This document shows positions 63,658 to 64,000 of a DNA stretch of 64,000 nucleotides, one piece after another (positions within the stretch are counted from its first letter, which is position 1; the number at the start of each line of letters is the position of its first letter). Source of the stretch: Nemertoderma westbladi (Eukaryota > Animalia > Xenacoelomorpha). The notes under the pieces are model-generated. The model saw only the letters and a list, made by a program, of their open reading frames with translations, did not search any database and had not been told where the DNA came from. A program made the translations under genes and the position numbers. The stretch lies in assembly GCA_032718475.1 (NCBI GenBank), contig JAUCBJ010009097.1:83821-147820 (forward strand), in the 5' to 3' direction.

Positions 63658-64000
63658 TTAGACTGTATTAATTCCATACGTCCTATAGAAGACATTTTAG
63701 AGAAAATGCGCTAAGAAAATATGGCAACAGTGTTTAGTAAAACTGAACGGACACAGACTGCGACTCAGTATGCTTCAGTCGACGATGGATCGAAGATTTA
63801 TCACATGCACGCAGGAGATAACTACAATAAACATTAATTAGATATAAAAATGTATAATTAATACCTGTGTACCTGTTAATAAATTGCACTTATATTCGAA
63901 ATAGTACATGATTAAAATGTTTAAAAGAGTATCCATAAAATCCTTTCTTCACATACCGAACGCTAATAAGTTGACATAATATAACAAAATTACATACATC

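Overview
AT-rich animal (invertebrate-like) nuclear DNA dominated by repeats; the species cannot be identified from the sequence. Left part: three intronless p24/TMED (GOLD-domain) genes on the minus strand, a ~3.5 kb 37-bp tandem array beside a foldback element, and a near-identical ~4.35 kb duplication (6966-11319 = 13663-18017) that ends at a 100-N gap. Centre: two large BEL/Pao LTR retrotransposons with paired LTRs, TG...CA ends and 5-bp target-site duplications (22191-36032, TSD GCAGA; 39366-54213, TSD GTTAA). Each carries a different extra ORF between integrase and the 3' LTR. In element 1 this is a single ~850-codon frame broken by three stops; it encodes a DEDDy-type (WRN/EXD/Mut-7-like) 3'-5' exonuclease domain fused to three CCHC zinc knuckles, and is the most interesting signal in the window. 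Element 2 has lost its RT core and carries an orphan accessory ORF. An ADCY3-like adenylyl cyclase terminal exon, absent from the ORF track, lies at 38023-38202 (-), so element 2 and an intronless 638-aa ORF may sit antisense inside its last intron. The rest is decayed CRE, RTE, CR1 and L2-like LINE fragments, tRNA-derived SINEs and MITEs. All family assignments are by motif recognition; no database search was run.
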